DNA of 53,512 nucleotides from Catajapyx aquilonaris (Eukaryota), in NCBI GenBank assembly GCA_000934665.2, contig JYFJ02002635.1:1-53512 (forward strand), read 5' to 3'. Below, in pieces: positions 13,370 to 26,427 of this stretch (positions are counted from its first letter, which is position 1; each line of letters starts with the position of its first letter). The notes under the pieces are model-generated. The model worked only from the letters and a program-made list of their open reading frames with translations, was not told the origin of the DNA and searched no databases. A program made the position numbers and the translations under genes.

Positions 13370-13423
13370 GAAAAGAGGTAAGTAGAAGACATCGTCTGGA
13401 TTCGTGTAAAGAAATACAAGGTC

Positions 13424-13565
13424 CTATGGGGCTCAAATTGTTTTGGCCACTTTATCCTGATCTTGAAGCAACCCTTCACACACACACACCTGCTCAACGT
13501 GGGGCCTGTGCGAAGGGTTGCTTCAAGACCAGGATAAAGTGGCCACAACAATTTGAGCTCCATAG
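13424..13565. repeat. Hairpin, 59-bp arms with 4 mismatches, 24-nt spacer
   Basis: CTATGGGGCTCAAATTG...CCCTTCACACA pairs with TGTGCGAAGGG...CAATTTGAGCTCCATAG. Confidence 0.92.
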
Positions 13566-14989
13566 TACGTACACTACAGAAGGTATGGAATCTCCGCGTC
13601 TTTCCGAGCCTCATGTCGCCCTCGGTTATTGCGGTGGGTTGTCCGGAGTGGGTGGCATAACCAAATCTACAGAGGGGGTGGCCGCGCGATGTGAGTGAAG
13701 GGGGTATGAGTGCAAGGTTCATAGCTGGCCTCCTGTCTTTACCATCCTGCTATAGTCTTAAAGACGTCCCTAAATTTGAGCCTAAAAAAACTGCTCACTT
13801 GAAGAGCGCCAGAACTTCTAGCCTTTTTATTTTGTCCCTCCTCCCATTCATGGGCTTCAACTTAAGTCCACGTCTTTGCATCACGAGTCTTTTCACAACT
13901 CTGATATATGAACAGAGTAAGATATTTCTATGCAGAATCTCCAAAAGCCTCATTTCTGGGCAGTGAATGGGTCCTCTTGTATTAAAGGCGTCCAAACCAA
14001 AGTAGTTTGTAGAGACTTCTTGTTGTATGCAGGTTCATGAAAAGTATAATAGATGTACTATGTACAATACAGTAGTTAAGTATTTTTTTGCAAATATTAC
14101 GCACTCCCACAGTTGGTGTAGGCTACTTACCTCTGCGGTAGTTTCTTGTTGAAAAAATGCAACGGTGTAAATCTGCACAAATATTGGAATACAAAATTGG
14201 AATTGGAATACAAAGTTGGGTTGGCAATCTCGTATTTTATTATAGTATAGTCTACAAGTTCCAGGTAATTGGTAACTATAGGCTACAGATAGGCTAATAA
14301 AATAATTTTTGATAAGTAACATGTGATTGGTATAATTTTGTAATTTTTGATTACTGCCCAAATGGCTTGTTATCTCTAGAGGATAAAATAATATACATAT
14401 TGGGGAGTCGTAGGTGCTGATAAAGGCCTAATGGGGGTAGTGGTACAGTACGACTACTCTGGTGCTATTATGGAAATATCCGAAAGCGTGTAATAGACTT
14501 AAAATGCTCAGATTAGGTTTGTTTAAGGACCATTTACGTGCTAGTGAACAATGCATGCTGGCCAAGGTGTTTATCAGTGGAAATCAAGTAGGTGCATTTT
14601 CCTGCAGCAAGAGTGTACACGTGATATATTCAAAATGATTTGGTACAATATTTTAGTATGATAAATTCAAATCAGCCACATCATGTTTCCAAACGTAGCT
14701 GATATGGACTGACCCTAATGATGATAATGATGATGTAACTCATTTTTTATTAATTCAGTATTCTGATTCCGCTGATTTTGTCGAGGGAAATTTTGTTCCA
14801 ATCGATACTTCAATTTGACTTAACTGGCATATTATCCAGACTGCTGAAGTTGTTGGGTCCACATCCCCATCAGATTAGTATGTTGAATCACTTGAAGAGA
14901 ACATTACTTGACACTTCATCAGTGCTCATCGCTACGGCTTATTCCCTAGATAAAATACCAGATGGTGCACTCATGTCAATGCCTTTTCC

Positions 14990-15116
14990 CTCTGCCCATG
15001 CTATCTTCCGGGTTCAAGGGCCACTTTCCGGTGGATGTGGCAAAAATGATGACACAAATTATCTCAACAAGTGCAACTCATTTCATGTTCCACAATTGTT
15101 GTCATAAGGCAGTGAA
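14990..15116 (-). pseudogene. Possible SWIM zinc-finger relic of a MULE-type transposase
   Basis: Minus strand reads HEMSCTC*DNLCHHFCHIH, close to the SWIM CxC...CxH pattern; it contains a stop. Confidence 0.3.
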
Positions 15117-17009
15117 TCTATGACAGAAAAGAAATAATAGTTTTAGCCACTAGGAGTAACAGAACGTGTTTTTCACAATAGTTGGTAAGGGCAAGGAATT
15201 TTATTATCGATCATTTGTCCTGTCGTAAGTGATACGTCAGATGGCACAAGTCGTCGGAAGTTCATCCAAATTTGATACTGTCCTCAACCGCTAAATCATT
15301 AGGGTAGTCATCATTAACCTGAAGATCTGCCATATCATATCACCTCATTGGCAATGGCATTATACTGACACGTACGCCTACGGACGCAATTTGTTTCAGT
15401 AAACCTGCCCATAAATTAATCACTATTAATACCTTATATCCAGTTAAGTGAAAGAAATTATATTACCACAATCAGCTTAAACCATAAGCACTTCATATGC
15501 CATATTGTATATGCCAATACGAACTAATTGCCTATTTTATCAACATTGTAGTCCAGTTACACATCGTCTTGACAATCAGAGAAACTCATTTTACTTAAGG
15601 GTCATGACATATCAGTATAACCGATGGTTTTTTTTTACGTGGGCAAAAGTGCTTCGAAATTGACCGCATCTTGCTCTCTTTGGGTTTCCGAACCCTTGCT
15701 AGTAGGCCTCATCAAGGCCTAACGACCAGAAGTTATAATTGACTAGATATTCATTACGTTGAGTAGTTCGAGACTTGATTACTCCATTTCGCTTCATATT
15801 CGGCCTAACTAGGTGATCATTCTTGCAGAATAAACTTTGACATTCGCATCTTCATGCGCACTCGGCATGTCAAGATGAGGTCAGACTCAAGACCACGATC
15901 AAGCTTCATGGCCTCCAGAACTAACGAAGTAAGTATGCCACATCCGGTAATCATTATGCAATTTGACATTTTTAACGAGTAATGGGTGGGGTTCCATATA
16001 GTGCCGTCATTTTATTCTCGCTTACACGAGCTTTGTAATAAATATTGTGTTCATTACTGTACCATTATTTTCACCTATAGTATTTTCCTGCTTTCCACAT
16101 TTTTTTTTCTTGCATGAAGCAATACACCATCCGCACTGTTGAAAAATGCAAGAAGTTTGCTGTAGATTTATATTCGTGATTAGACGATGTCGCAGGGGCC
16201 ACCAATGCATGTCATCATTCCCACTAACCTTGACTAATAATATGTAACTCTGCATACTTTTCATTTCCTAATTGATAAATATGGAGACAGCGTCAAGCGA
16301 TTATATCGCTTAATGTCCCTGCGAAGCCACCATTCAAAGCGTGGTCACATTATGAATAAGTTATAGGAACGACTGGCTGTGTTATTCTTCTCTGCCTAAT
16401 TCGTGCCTTTTCTACTGTCCGGGCTTCAGGGGGGAAACATATCTATAGGCGAATTCATATCAACATAATTATTATTCTATAGCAATATTGTGCACATCGA
16501 TAAAAATGGTGTCGACCATAATTGCGGCAAAAATATGCTAGGCGCTTGCCAGGAAAAGGCTACAGAATTTATAGAATCTGGAATTAATGCAGCGAGCCGT
16601 GTGCACATGGGATATTACTTTCTTGGCATATTAATCTAGCTCACAAGCCCGTTGCATAAGCAAATCTATTAATTTATAATTAATATGTAACTTATTCGTC
16701 AATCCCTGCACTGAAGGTAAATGGACTGAATTCTTGAAAAAGTCGTCAAGGGTTTTCATGACGTCATAATATATGCAGGATGCCATGGAGTCATGGAAAC
16801 CGATAGGGCAATGATAGGAACGTCCCCAGACAGATTTAAAATGAGTACAAGCAGAAAGTTGTGTGCAGATTATGCAAATTATGCTATGCATAAAGTATAA
16901 AGGACAGTCCACTCGCCGTCGATGTCCTTGAATCTATAACATTTCTCTTATGCAGGATGTTGCAAAATGTGCACACATCCTGTCGGATTTAGGTAACAAG
17001 ATGCAGTTA

Positions 17010-17156
17010 TACACGAGGGGCGTTCGAAAAGTAATGAGCTTTATTGCCATGTACGGCAACAGGTAGGTAATCAGATAATTAGGTTTTGTTTTTCAACATA
17101 ATTATTCCCCTTTCGTGTTGATGGACTTGGTCCAGCATTTCTCAAATGTTCTAGCC
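17010..17156 (-). pseudogene. Mariner 3' end (transposase C-terminus + TIR), interrupted by a SINE
   Basis: TA-CACGAGGGGCGTTCGAAAAGTAATG TIR; the minus strand encodes EKCWTKSINTKG / NYVEK, like the mariner RWxKCIxxxGDYVEK end. Confidence 0.7.
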
Positions 17157-17530
17157 CGGGGGAGGTGTATAGATGGCAGAGATGGTAACGTCTCAACTTG
17201 CTGAGTGAAAGGCCCCAGGTTCGATCCCCGCCTGGGGAGTTCCCTTTCACCTGCGTCAAGAGGATCTCTAACCTGCACCTTGGAGGTGTCTGGCAACCTA
17301 ACCTCTTGGGGAACAGCACATGGCCCATTATTCAGACATTGCGCTTGCACCAAAATGTTCCCTCCCCAATAATCCCTATCCCTACCCTACAATCCTTGAC
17401 TCCTTGCACCGGAGATTGAAGTTAATCTAGAAAATGGAGTGAAATGGTGGTATTCCACCCCCCTGAAAGAGCCTATGGGCTACGGGGTAAACAGCAAAAA
17501 TTAAAATAAAAAAAAAAAATATATATATAT
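17157..17530 (+). mobile_element. tRNA-derived SINE family B
   Basis: A-box TGGCAGAGATGG, B-box GGTTCGATCCC, body homologous to 33247-33413, 3' CCCC..GGGGTA motif and A-rich tail. Confidence 0.88.
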
Positions 17531-18458
17531 AGCTTCTGGAACCCCCCCGTCTCCTCGTGCCATAACGTCATCCTTGTCGCGGAGAAAAATTCCAAGTTGG
17601 TCAGCCACATCTCAAATCGTTTCACTGACTAATTTCACCTTACAACTCATCAAATGTTATGTACCGGTATTGAGCTAGTGCCTATGTTTTAATTGATGAA
17701 GTCGTTGTTGACAAAGGACAAAACATTTGCAAAGCGCACGCAAAAAGGTTGGAGTGCCCGGACCTTACTCTGTGTAAGACCATGGATACAACTGAAAATA
17801 TCCTGTGAGTTAGACAACCCTTCTGGTAAGGCTGTTTGAAGGATGGCACAATATCAGGATTAACTCTGTCATTAATCTGCTCTAACAGTAAGTGATGGCA
17901 CAATAATAGCATTCTATTATCTCACTGTAATGAAACCGAAACCGCTTCTCTTAATTAGAGTAATCATTTCTATTTGGAAATAGGCAAGGAATATAAAACA
18001 GAAAATGTGCACACCATTTGCACTATACACGTACTGTACTGTACAGTACAGTACAACCTAAAATGTGATTTGAAAAGTGTATCCCCCTTCAATAACATAC
18101 CTCTCTTCCATTGTACAGTATACCTTGCTTTCAGTTCCTGGATATTGTTTTAAACTTTTTTTCAAACGCCCATATTTACTTGACATCACCGGTGAATATT
18201 GCACGCCGGTTTGTAGTCCTGATGTATACCGAATAACGTTAAGCTTATGTTGAGGGCATGTTGCCAATATCAGAATATTGGCAAAGCACACTAAGATACG
18301 TTTGGATGAATTTTCAAGTCTTTTAACCATTACTAATTTTTACACCGAGACCATACTCGAGGTTACGCACTTACACCAAAAATTAGCGTTCTATGTAGAG
18401 CAAACAACAACTGTATATTTTTTGTATCAGTAAGGAGAGTGTACTGTACTGCAATCAA

Positions 18459-18526
18459 GGGCGACACGGTGGCCGAGTGGTTAGCGCCGCAGCCTTCCAC
18501 CTCTAAGGTCCCGAGTTCGATCCCGA
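18459..18526 (+). mobile_element. Isolated tRNA-like SINE head
   Basis: GGTGGCCGAGTGGTTAGCG (A-box) and GAGTTCGATCCC (B-box); no acceptor stem or body. Confidence 0.65.
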
Positions 18527-20705
18527 TAATGTAACGAAGCAATTGAATTGTGATTATAAATAATCTAAAATTTAGGTATATCAATCATTTCTGGCCAATT
18601 TGTAATTATCTTCAGACACAATGCGTGCGGTTCTACAGCAGAGGTTATGCTCACAACACAACCTCACTTGTTCAAAATAATACGACGTTCACTGTTCAGT
18701 TTTGTAATTGATCGAGGGTGGGTGAGTGAGGCCAATAAAAATCAGCACACCAAGTTGCAAGTTGGTGAAATCTGCCGGTTACAATATCGCGTCCGGAAAT
18801 TAAATTGTCCTGCCATATCAGTAAGTTATTTACATTTCGGCTTCCCTTCCGGCAGTAACTGCCTTCCACCATTCCCCCAGGAAGCTTCCACAAAAAAAAG
18901 TATGTGCACTACTGACGACAGCTTCCCAATTTTAGGCATACATCGATTATGTAAAGTGATTAAAAATTGATTTTCCAAAAAAATTCCTAGAACCAATCAA
19001 CATGTTACAATATACTTATGCGGAATGCTGACGGTTGTATTGAGCCTGACTTAAAAAAAGTTTCTTGGTTTTTATGCATATATTTTTCACACACAAAGCG
19101 CGTGACCTCGCTCGTTACAGGTAATATACTGACGCCCCCGAAAGAGGGAGCTGTGCAAATCACAGGTGTGGTAAATTCCACCCCCCCAGCATTTATTTTT
19201 CCGAGATGTTAATGGGCTGAGGAAAGGGGTTGCTTATGGCTGAATATAAACTTCCTTCGTGCCAGTAGAGCCAGCCACAAAAAAGGGAAGGCTGGCCCAA
19301 CTGAATGCTTAACAGCGTGCTAATTATCATTTTACTGGTCATGTTTTAAAATCCTAGCCACAAGATATGTAAGAGAGGAAAGTTGATAGTACGCCAGTAA
19401 AAAAAAGGGGGGGTGGGGAAAGGGTTTCTCCATCATTACCTTTGATGATTGCGATAACGGATATATTAGGACCGGTTGAATATAAGCTTCTGTCTGATAG
19501 AAAGAATCACGCAAACTGTGCTAAGAGGTAAAAGACCTCTCCCCCACCTTTTCTTCCCCCTTCTTCTTCACGCCTCCCACCACCCACATTTTGACCTCAG
19601 CTTTTCTTTCCAGGCCTAGGATTAATCATGGAAGTTTTAAGTGCACACCATTTAGTCATCAAGTCTCAAGTGCTAGTGGGAAGGGGCTTTACGTCGCCGG
19701 AGATTTTGCTGGAAGATGCGTGTATCTGGGGACTCAATGCTACAGTAGGCAATAAGTCACATCTGGTAGGAAGTCGCTCATTAAGCTGGAAGTGAAAGGT
19801 TACGGGGCGTCATCTTCATATAGAGCATTAGCTTCAGGTGAGGTGTTCTTGAGAGTGCTTGGTTAGGAAAGAACAATTAAAAGTGGGCGGTGCTGTGGTG
19901 GAAATTGTTCATGTCGGAGTATTTTCGAATGAATAATAAAGTGGATCGTATGTTTTCATTATTTTCTGTTCGATATGAAAAAAAAACGATGTTTAATGAC
20001 TTGCTTATTATCAGCGACCGCCTACCTATCTAGAAAGTTCAAGGTTGATTCATTAAATGAGCAGACCCTTCGATTTTAGGTCTTCTCTTATCAGGGAGTG
20101 GTTATGTAACCTGCAGGTATTTAAGGCGATAGCTGGTTGAGGATTGTGGTTCGTATAGTTAGTCAATTTATTAATTGGTATTGCTGGCTCTGGTAACTTT
20201 ATGTTTGGCAATTAAGTAGTTTAAATGTAAATAATGTGTCAGGGCTGCCATTTCCCATACCAGGGATTGACTCACACAAGCCGAGTTGAATGTTCACAAT
20301 AGTCTCTTGTCACTGGTGTCCCACAAACGGGAATGTCCCAAACCCCCTTGTCATATTAGTATTTCAAACCGAACTTGGACCTCTTGAAAGGGCGACTTTA
20401 ACCCATTCAACCGGTTTGAATGGAAAGCTGTTGTGTTCTGGTCTCCTTCGAGAGCTGACACTCAACCTGCCTGACAGAGCGAAGATTGCTTCATTCAGCT
20501 AATATTAAGGCGTGCGTACTTGAATATTAGAACTCCCATTTAAGGTTGTCTCCTGTCTGTTTCTGGCATGGTATGGGGCTATTGCAGACAAAAGAAACAT
20601 CCACTACCATAGCGAGAAAAATGACAGAAATTGGCGTCTGCAGGATTATTGAGCAAATTACAAATGGATAACAAGTTTACAGAGTAAATCTGGCGACAAG
20701 AATAA

Positions 20706-21796
20706 CACTTGGGAACTGATTCTAAATAAGTATTTCTTAAACGCTGATTTCAAATCGGAAATCGGTTTTACTCTACATGCTCTAGTTTTCATGCAATTTG
20801 AAACTTGTTATTTTCGGGCGGGAAAGGGCACCCATTGCTTTACACTGGGGATAGCTTTAGAATTAGGCTTAGAGCTACCATATCAAGCTCGGCTTGATGA
20901 AACAGTTCGTGAAGGCATTAATGATGGTGAATGTTTTCAAGCATCACATTATGCATTACAGTTTGAAAACAGAAAAAAAATTCGTAAAAGAATGTTCCAA
21001 TTTTAAAACCCTATAAGTCGAAAACTTGTAGACATATCTAAATGATTTAAGGTAAGCGCCCCAGGGATTGACACGTCAAGAAAATATTTTTTACATCGGA
21101 CATTCTTTCCAGGTGAATTGCTTTAAGAATTCCTCGAGAAAAATATCGTTCGAACCGCCGAGAGTTGCTCTTTCATCCAATGCACACACGTGCCACATTA
21201 AACAGGCTAATTTTGCGTAAAAATGTTTTATAATTATGCAAGTGTGCAAATGCTCCAGTTGTGAACAGCCAATATGATGGCTGTTCTAGTTATGGACACC
21301 ACTCACGGTATCTCCATCACGGCATCAGCTACGGGATAAGATTGCAACGGTAACGCGAAAGACAAGATACAGGTATATCTGAGCTGGTTAGGCACGACAC
21401 CAATTACCATATTTGCATTTGACAAGCCAAACTACGGTGATACCATTTCTGAGCATTTCAAAGCTTAAATCATAAGATATGTCTACAAGTTTTCTAGTTA
21501 TATGATTTTAAAATTGGGGCATTCTTTTTCTATATTGTTTACTTTTTTCAAACCTACGACTTTTTGTGAATAAAAAATTAATATATCTTGTCTGTATGAC
21601 CATACATTCCTCAGAGAGATCATATGTCATCATGCGACAGGCGTCAAAATGTCGCAAAATCGAAAAATTTTGAATTGTAGAAAATCTAGAGCTTACAGAG
21701 AAAAACTAACATCAGATTTGAATTCAGCACACTCAAATTAAGTACCGGTAAGAACAAGTGCTTGTATTAATTCGACCAAAAATTTGTTCCCCAATT
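20706..21796. mobile_element. Chapaev3-like non-autonomous DNA transposon
   Basis: Left end CACTTGGGAAC...GCTGATTTCAAATCGGAAATCGGTTTTACTCT; right end CATCAGATTTGAATTCAGC...AAAAATTTGTTCCCCA; additional internal inverted repeats at ~21001-21050 and ~21465-21515. Confidence 0.6.
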
Positions 21797-22250
21797 ATTA
21801 TTAATGGGCCTGTAGTGGACCCCTTGGCAGCATCAGCAGGGAGAATGATGGAAGAAGGCAGCGATTTCTTGAGTTTTGGGACAACGCGTCTGTTCTATCA
21901 AATTGTTTATTCCAAACGAAACTGTCACTATGTATTCTACGTCATTCCCCTGTTGCTGTTCATGTAAACAACAATGTGGCCAACTGGGCCACTACACTGC
22001 CTTTTAGTTCGTTGGAGTTGCAGCTGGAGCTAAAGCGAGAGCCAGAGTGCACTTTTTCAAGCTTAAGCTTCTTTGGAAGCGGGCCTTTTGGGTCCAGTGA
22101 CAGTGAGTGCATGAAGCATGTGATCAGACCAGCCTCTCAGTTCTCTCATAAAACGAATATTACAACCGGAGGCGGGTTGGCTACCCTGAAGCGAGTGAAG
22201 TCTTTTTCTGAGCGATAACTATGCGATATGTGCCAAACAAAGGTTGTAGA

Positions 22251-22471
22251 TACGGTGGTCATTTCCAAATCTTCAGAAAGAATGACACAGCTGGTAGGTA
22301 TATCGTAAGTAGATATGCGGGTAGGTATATCGATATATGCTTTATAGAGTACAATACAGTGTGTGACCCCTGACTAGCTCAGTAACGCAGGTTCAGTTGG
22401 AGAAAGGGAGAAAAGGGTGGAAGAAGTGACGGGGAAAACTGGAAAAGCCGGGAATATAATTGTTTCTGATA
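22251..22471. mobile_element. hAT-like MITE fragment; inverted homolog at 32042-32268 and a short end at ~25975-26011
   Basis: Begins with a TAGGGTGACCA-like end (TACGGTGGTCATTTCCAAATC); GACTAGCTCAGTAACGCAGGTTCAGTTGGAGAAA is reverse-complemented near 32120-32155. Confidence 0.6.
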
Positions 22472-22734
22472 AGTGATAACTGATAAGCCACATTATTTTA
22501 CTTAACACACTAATAAGGCAAAAAAAATGTAACCGAAATAAAACATTTTATGGTGATTGTTGATTGTATAAATTCCCGTAGAAAATATACTTATAGACCT
22601 ATATATAGCCGAATATATATATATATATATATAATGAGAATGTATTTGGCAATTGACGCTACATTGAGATTAACGTTATTTTGTGTCACCCTTTCTTTAC
22701 AATAAGTACATGTGAGAGGTAGTGTGAGTATCGA

Positions 22735-23013
22735 GGTAGCGCAGTGGTCTAATGGTTAAGACTCTCTCTTCGAAACCTGAAGGTTGAAGGATCGAATCCT
22801 GAAAGGAAGACGTCGCGCGTCGTTTCTTTTTATCGCTATGGACCTTTCCCGCTGTTACTTCATCTCTCATTTCACGTTTATTTCTCTTTCAAGTGCATCT
22901 GGTAAATAGGCTAGACCCTTCCAACACTCACACTCTCGTTGCAGCATAGCGTGGCTGTGTGGTAACGCATCAGACTCTCAATCGGGAGATGTGGGTTCAA
23001 ATCCCGTGTCTCC
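22735..23013 (+). pseudogene. Two tandem tRNA-like units (22735-~22806 and 22941-23013)
   Basis: Each has an A-box (TGGTCTAATGG; TGGCTGTGTGG) and a B-box-like motif (GGATCGAATCC; GGTTCAAATCC), but the acceptor stems do not pair. Confidence 0.55.
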
Positions 23014-23156
23014 TTGGTTGAGAGTCAGAAAAAAAAATTTGCAGCCGACATCTCTGGCCAAGATGGCGACTGTTCCTTCGCAGTTTCCCAAACACTTCTT
23101 CAGAGGTGTTAGAGGAGCAGTGGAGAGGAGCAGTGGAGAGGGGGAGGGGGGGAGAA

Positions 23157-24442
23157 ATTTTTTTTGGAAATTTTTAAGACACCTGCTTAATGGGAGGGGG
23201 CGGTCACTTTTTTCGAAGATTTCGAAGAAAAAAGTCAAAAATATAAAGTCATCAAAATTATCAAGTGGCTTCGCTTGTGTTGTCCATCCCGGCAGCCCCC
23301 ACCCTACGCACCCCATAGTCCCTACATTTGTCTTATACCAGGGAGTTCCATTGTCAAACCTATCACCCCTCCAAATATTTAAGCCTAAAATTTAAACTAT
23401 AAGGTCCAATAAAATCACAAGCACATGCAAATGAATCGGCACAATTTTTAGGTCATTTCCAATGTATTGTTGCAGCCTGACCTTTGACCTGAAAGGCCCT
23501 AGTATTCGGTTTTTGGTCTGGGGCCAGGCCCTACCTCGGTCTCCATCTGTCGGAGCTTTCGTAATGAGACTGTACAGTACAGAGCACTACAGTACTTAGA
23601 TATACAGTATATGCATATCTCTCGGTGTGAGGTAGTATGCCCCTAGCCAAACGTAGTTGGCAGGTATCAGTATGAATGTGACGTAGGCGAGTGGTCACCT
23701 CCTTGGGGTCATCAGGACGGACATGCGGCATCACTGTTTCGTGGCATTGCGCTATGGATTAATAAAATAATAAATCCCCAGCACTCGCTTCTGCTGTGGG
23801 TGGAGATGCGCAGATCGCGTCGACGCGGTTTTAGATAGGCAAATTTTTGTGTAGGCTTGGTGATCTTCCTGTCTCTTTGACCATACATATTCCCCCTTTC
23901 CACCCCCGCCCCGCTTCCCAACAGGACAGGCGGACTGCTATACATTTAGCTAGCAGGCTAGGGGCCTACTACCTCACACCGACGAGAGATATGCATATAC
24001 TGTATATCTAAGTACTGTAGTGCTCTGTACTGCACAGTCTCATTACGAAATCTCCGACAGATGGAGACCGAGGTAGGGCCTGGCCCCAGACCAAAAACCG
24101 AATACTAGGGCCTTTCAGGTCAAAGGTCAGGGTGCAACAATACATTGGAAATGACCTAAAAATTGTGCCGATTCATTTGCATGTGCTTGTGATTTTATTG
24201 GACCTATAGTTTAAATTGTAGTATTAAATATTGGGGGGGGGGGGGTGNTTTGAGAATGGAACTCCCTGGTATAAGACAAATGTAGGGACTCTGGGGTGCG
24301 TAGGGTGGGGGCTGCCGGGATGGACAACACAAGCGAAGCCACTTGATATTTAATTGACTTTTGATTTCTTTGACTTTTTTCTTCGAAAAAAGTGACCGCC
24401 CCCTCCCATTAAGCAGGTGTCCTTAAAAATTTCAAAAAAAAT
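23157..24442. repeat. Fold-back inverted duplication, ~480-bp arms, ~330-bp spacer
   Basis: 23157-23637 is the reverse complement of 23967-24442 with scattered substitutions and indels. Confidence 0.95.
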
Positions 24443-24463
24443 AAAAAAAATAATAATAATATG

Positions 24464-25510
24464 ATGCACATTTAATGGGAAGTTCCTGGTTACAATTGAG
24501 GGGGTGAAAATCAAAAACCGACAGCTCCGTCATAAACGTAACGGAGAAAAACGAGAAAAACCTACAGTTTCGCCGTATGTCAACGTAGACACCTGAATTT
24601 AGCGGCTATAGATTCCTTTACTAGCAACTCAACCATTGGTAAGTTATTATGAAATCATCCGCCATTACCCAATGAGCTGTGTACCGTCCATTTTTCCACT
24701 GGCCGGTTTTTGATTTGCAACAGGCTGGAGTTGGCGCTTTTTGATGCAAAATTGAGTGAGGGAAACATGAAACACAGGTTTATCCGGCGTGTAAATGTTT
24801 AAATTTATTCCACGCTTACATACCAACGTTCCATTACATTACGCAAGGTGTTCTGTTAATTCGCATCTCATTCGCACCGTCGTTATCCGTACGAGCTTCG
24901 CAGTATGTACTGTCTCCGCATAGTCCCATGTCAGCTTTAGTTTCGTGGGAGCTGGCGGTTTTTGATCTGTGATTTTCTGCGAGTGGGGATGGAGCTGGCG
25001 GTTTTTGCTGCGGAGGTCACTTTTCACCCCTGAATTTGACCCCTTTGTTGTAGGGTTTTAAATACCATATTCAGGTATTATGTACTCCATGGCATGAGGA
25101 ATGCATTTCCGGCGCTAACTCATTTTTTTTGGTTTTTGGAGCTGTCGGTTTTTGATTTTCACCCCCTCAATTAAGCATTGCGAATGGTTCAACGAGATTG
25201 ATAGTATCTGATGCAGTTGTGAACTGGGTTGTCTGAAAATCAGGTATGATACACATTTTCTAGATTCAATTTTTTTTTGCCATTATTAGCTCCATATTAA
25301 CCACTAGATCAATGCAACACATGAAAAACATCTATTGCATATGCGGGTAATTGGCTAGTACTGTAATACAGGTCAATGTTTAACTCGAACGAATACTTGA
25401 GTAACGTATTTGAATGTTTAGAGGCAATCACATGCTATAATAATTGAAGCCTTTTTGATTCGAAATTGCCATAATAATATACTGTACTTACCTCTCTGAA
25501 GACCTGGCCA
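24464..25510 (+). repeat. Duplicated segment (direct copy at 32873-33251), here split by a transposon
   Basis: ATGCACATTTAATGGGARGTTCCTGGTTACAATT...AAGCATTGCGAATGG...GAAGACCTGGCCA is present at both loci. Confidence 0.9.
24498..25168. mobile_element. Sola-like non-autonomous DNA transposon, 671 bp
   Basis: Perfect TIR GAGGGGGTGAAAATCAAAAACCGACAGCTCC and 4-bp TSD AATT; the empty site GGTTACAATTAAGC is present in the paralog near 32900. Confidence 0.85.
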
Positions 25511-25664
25511 ACCTCCCTCTGCACACCGTAATTACTCGTAATTGACCAGGAATCTCAATAAGGAAGAATTTATTGAGGGATAATTAAGGTTCTTTATTAG
25601 CAAGCTTGTGTTTGTTTTTTTCCAATCCACAGATATGGGCACAACACGCATTATATGAAAAAAG

Positions 25665-25801
25665 TTAATCTGCATAATCCCACACAGATGTAGATTCTGC
25701 TAGGTATGACGGTGATGATGGTGCTGCAATATTCCTTAGCTGCCTTCGAGCGTTCTTCTCTGCATTTCTTGCTCCTCCTCCAGGCGGTTTATGTCCTGCA
25801 T
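25665..25801 (-). CDS. Putative terminal coding exon of the minus-strand host gene
   Basis: Acceptor TTCTCTTTCCTCAG; phase-1 frame (D)AGHKPPGGGARNAEKNARRQLRNIAAPSSPSYLAESTSVWDYAD*; two AATAAA signals downstream (25598-25593 and 25574-25569); phase matches exon 42500-42401. Confidence 0.55.
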
Positions 25802-26094
25802 CTGAGGAAAGAGAACAGATAAATGTGAAACTATTGGCCATCACTCACTTTATAGAGACAGACATTAAATATATACGACATTTGAAATTGTAGATTCTGT
25901 TATGATGAAGTAAAAAAGGTGTATTTATTAGTATAATATTGTGTATTGTACACAGCCTACACAGAGCATCTATGCCCTTCTTTTTGGAGATTTGGAAATG
26001 GTGTCACCCTACATGAAATTATAATTATTCAACATTATGCGTTATGAATAAGTTCATAGATCCCCTCCTAATGAAGCAATAACTCCTACGAAGT

Positions 26095-26166
26095 GGGGGT
26101 GTAGCTCAATGGTAGAGCATCTACTTTGCATGTGAAAGGTCCCGGGTTCGATCCCTGGCACCACCA
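26095..26166 (+). tRNA. tRNA-Ala(TGC), probably a pseudogene
   Basis: 72-nt cloverleaf GGGGGTG-TA-GCTC..GAGC..TTTGCAT..GGTTCGATCC..CACCACC-A followed by a T-tract; G3:A70 mismatch and a mismatch in the anticodon stem. Confidence 0.75.
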
Positions 26167-26427
26167 TTATTTTCTTCTATTTTCGAGTGTCTTTTTTCCC
26201 CTTCCTGCGCTACCTCTTACAGGTTATTCAACTTGTCATTTCTATGTTGGAATTTAAAAAGTGAAAATAATGTAGTGAATGTAGTTTAGTAACCAACTGC
26301 TGGTAATACAGTATTTGAGGTTTGGGGAACTTGCACTGCCAGTGGGAGGCCTACCAATAATTGTGAAAGTACTAGTAAATATTGCATGAGGAATGCTGGT
26401 AAAAAATTTCCCATTGAATTTCATTTG

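Noticed and set aside
19300..22220. Possible endogenous viral or decayed coding fragments flanking the Chapaev3-like element
   Set aside because: Frames are riddled with stops and show no motif I can name; it needs BLASTX
23695..23745. Hammerhead-like GAAAC...GTC...CTGATGA on the minus strand
   Set aside because: Only 4 nt are available for stem I, and stem II cannot pair
25486..25560. Minus-strand donor-like AG|GTAAGT at ~25491
   Set aside because: It lies downstream of the predicted stop and poly(A) signals, has no clear acceptor, and is GC in the duplicate copy
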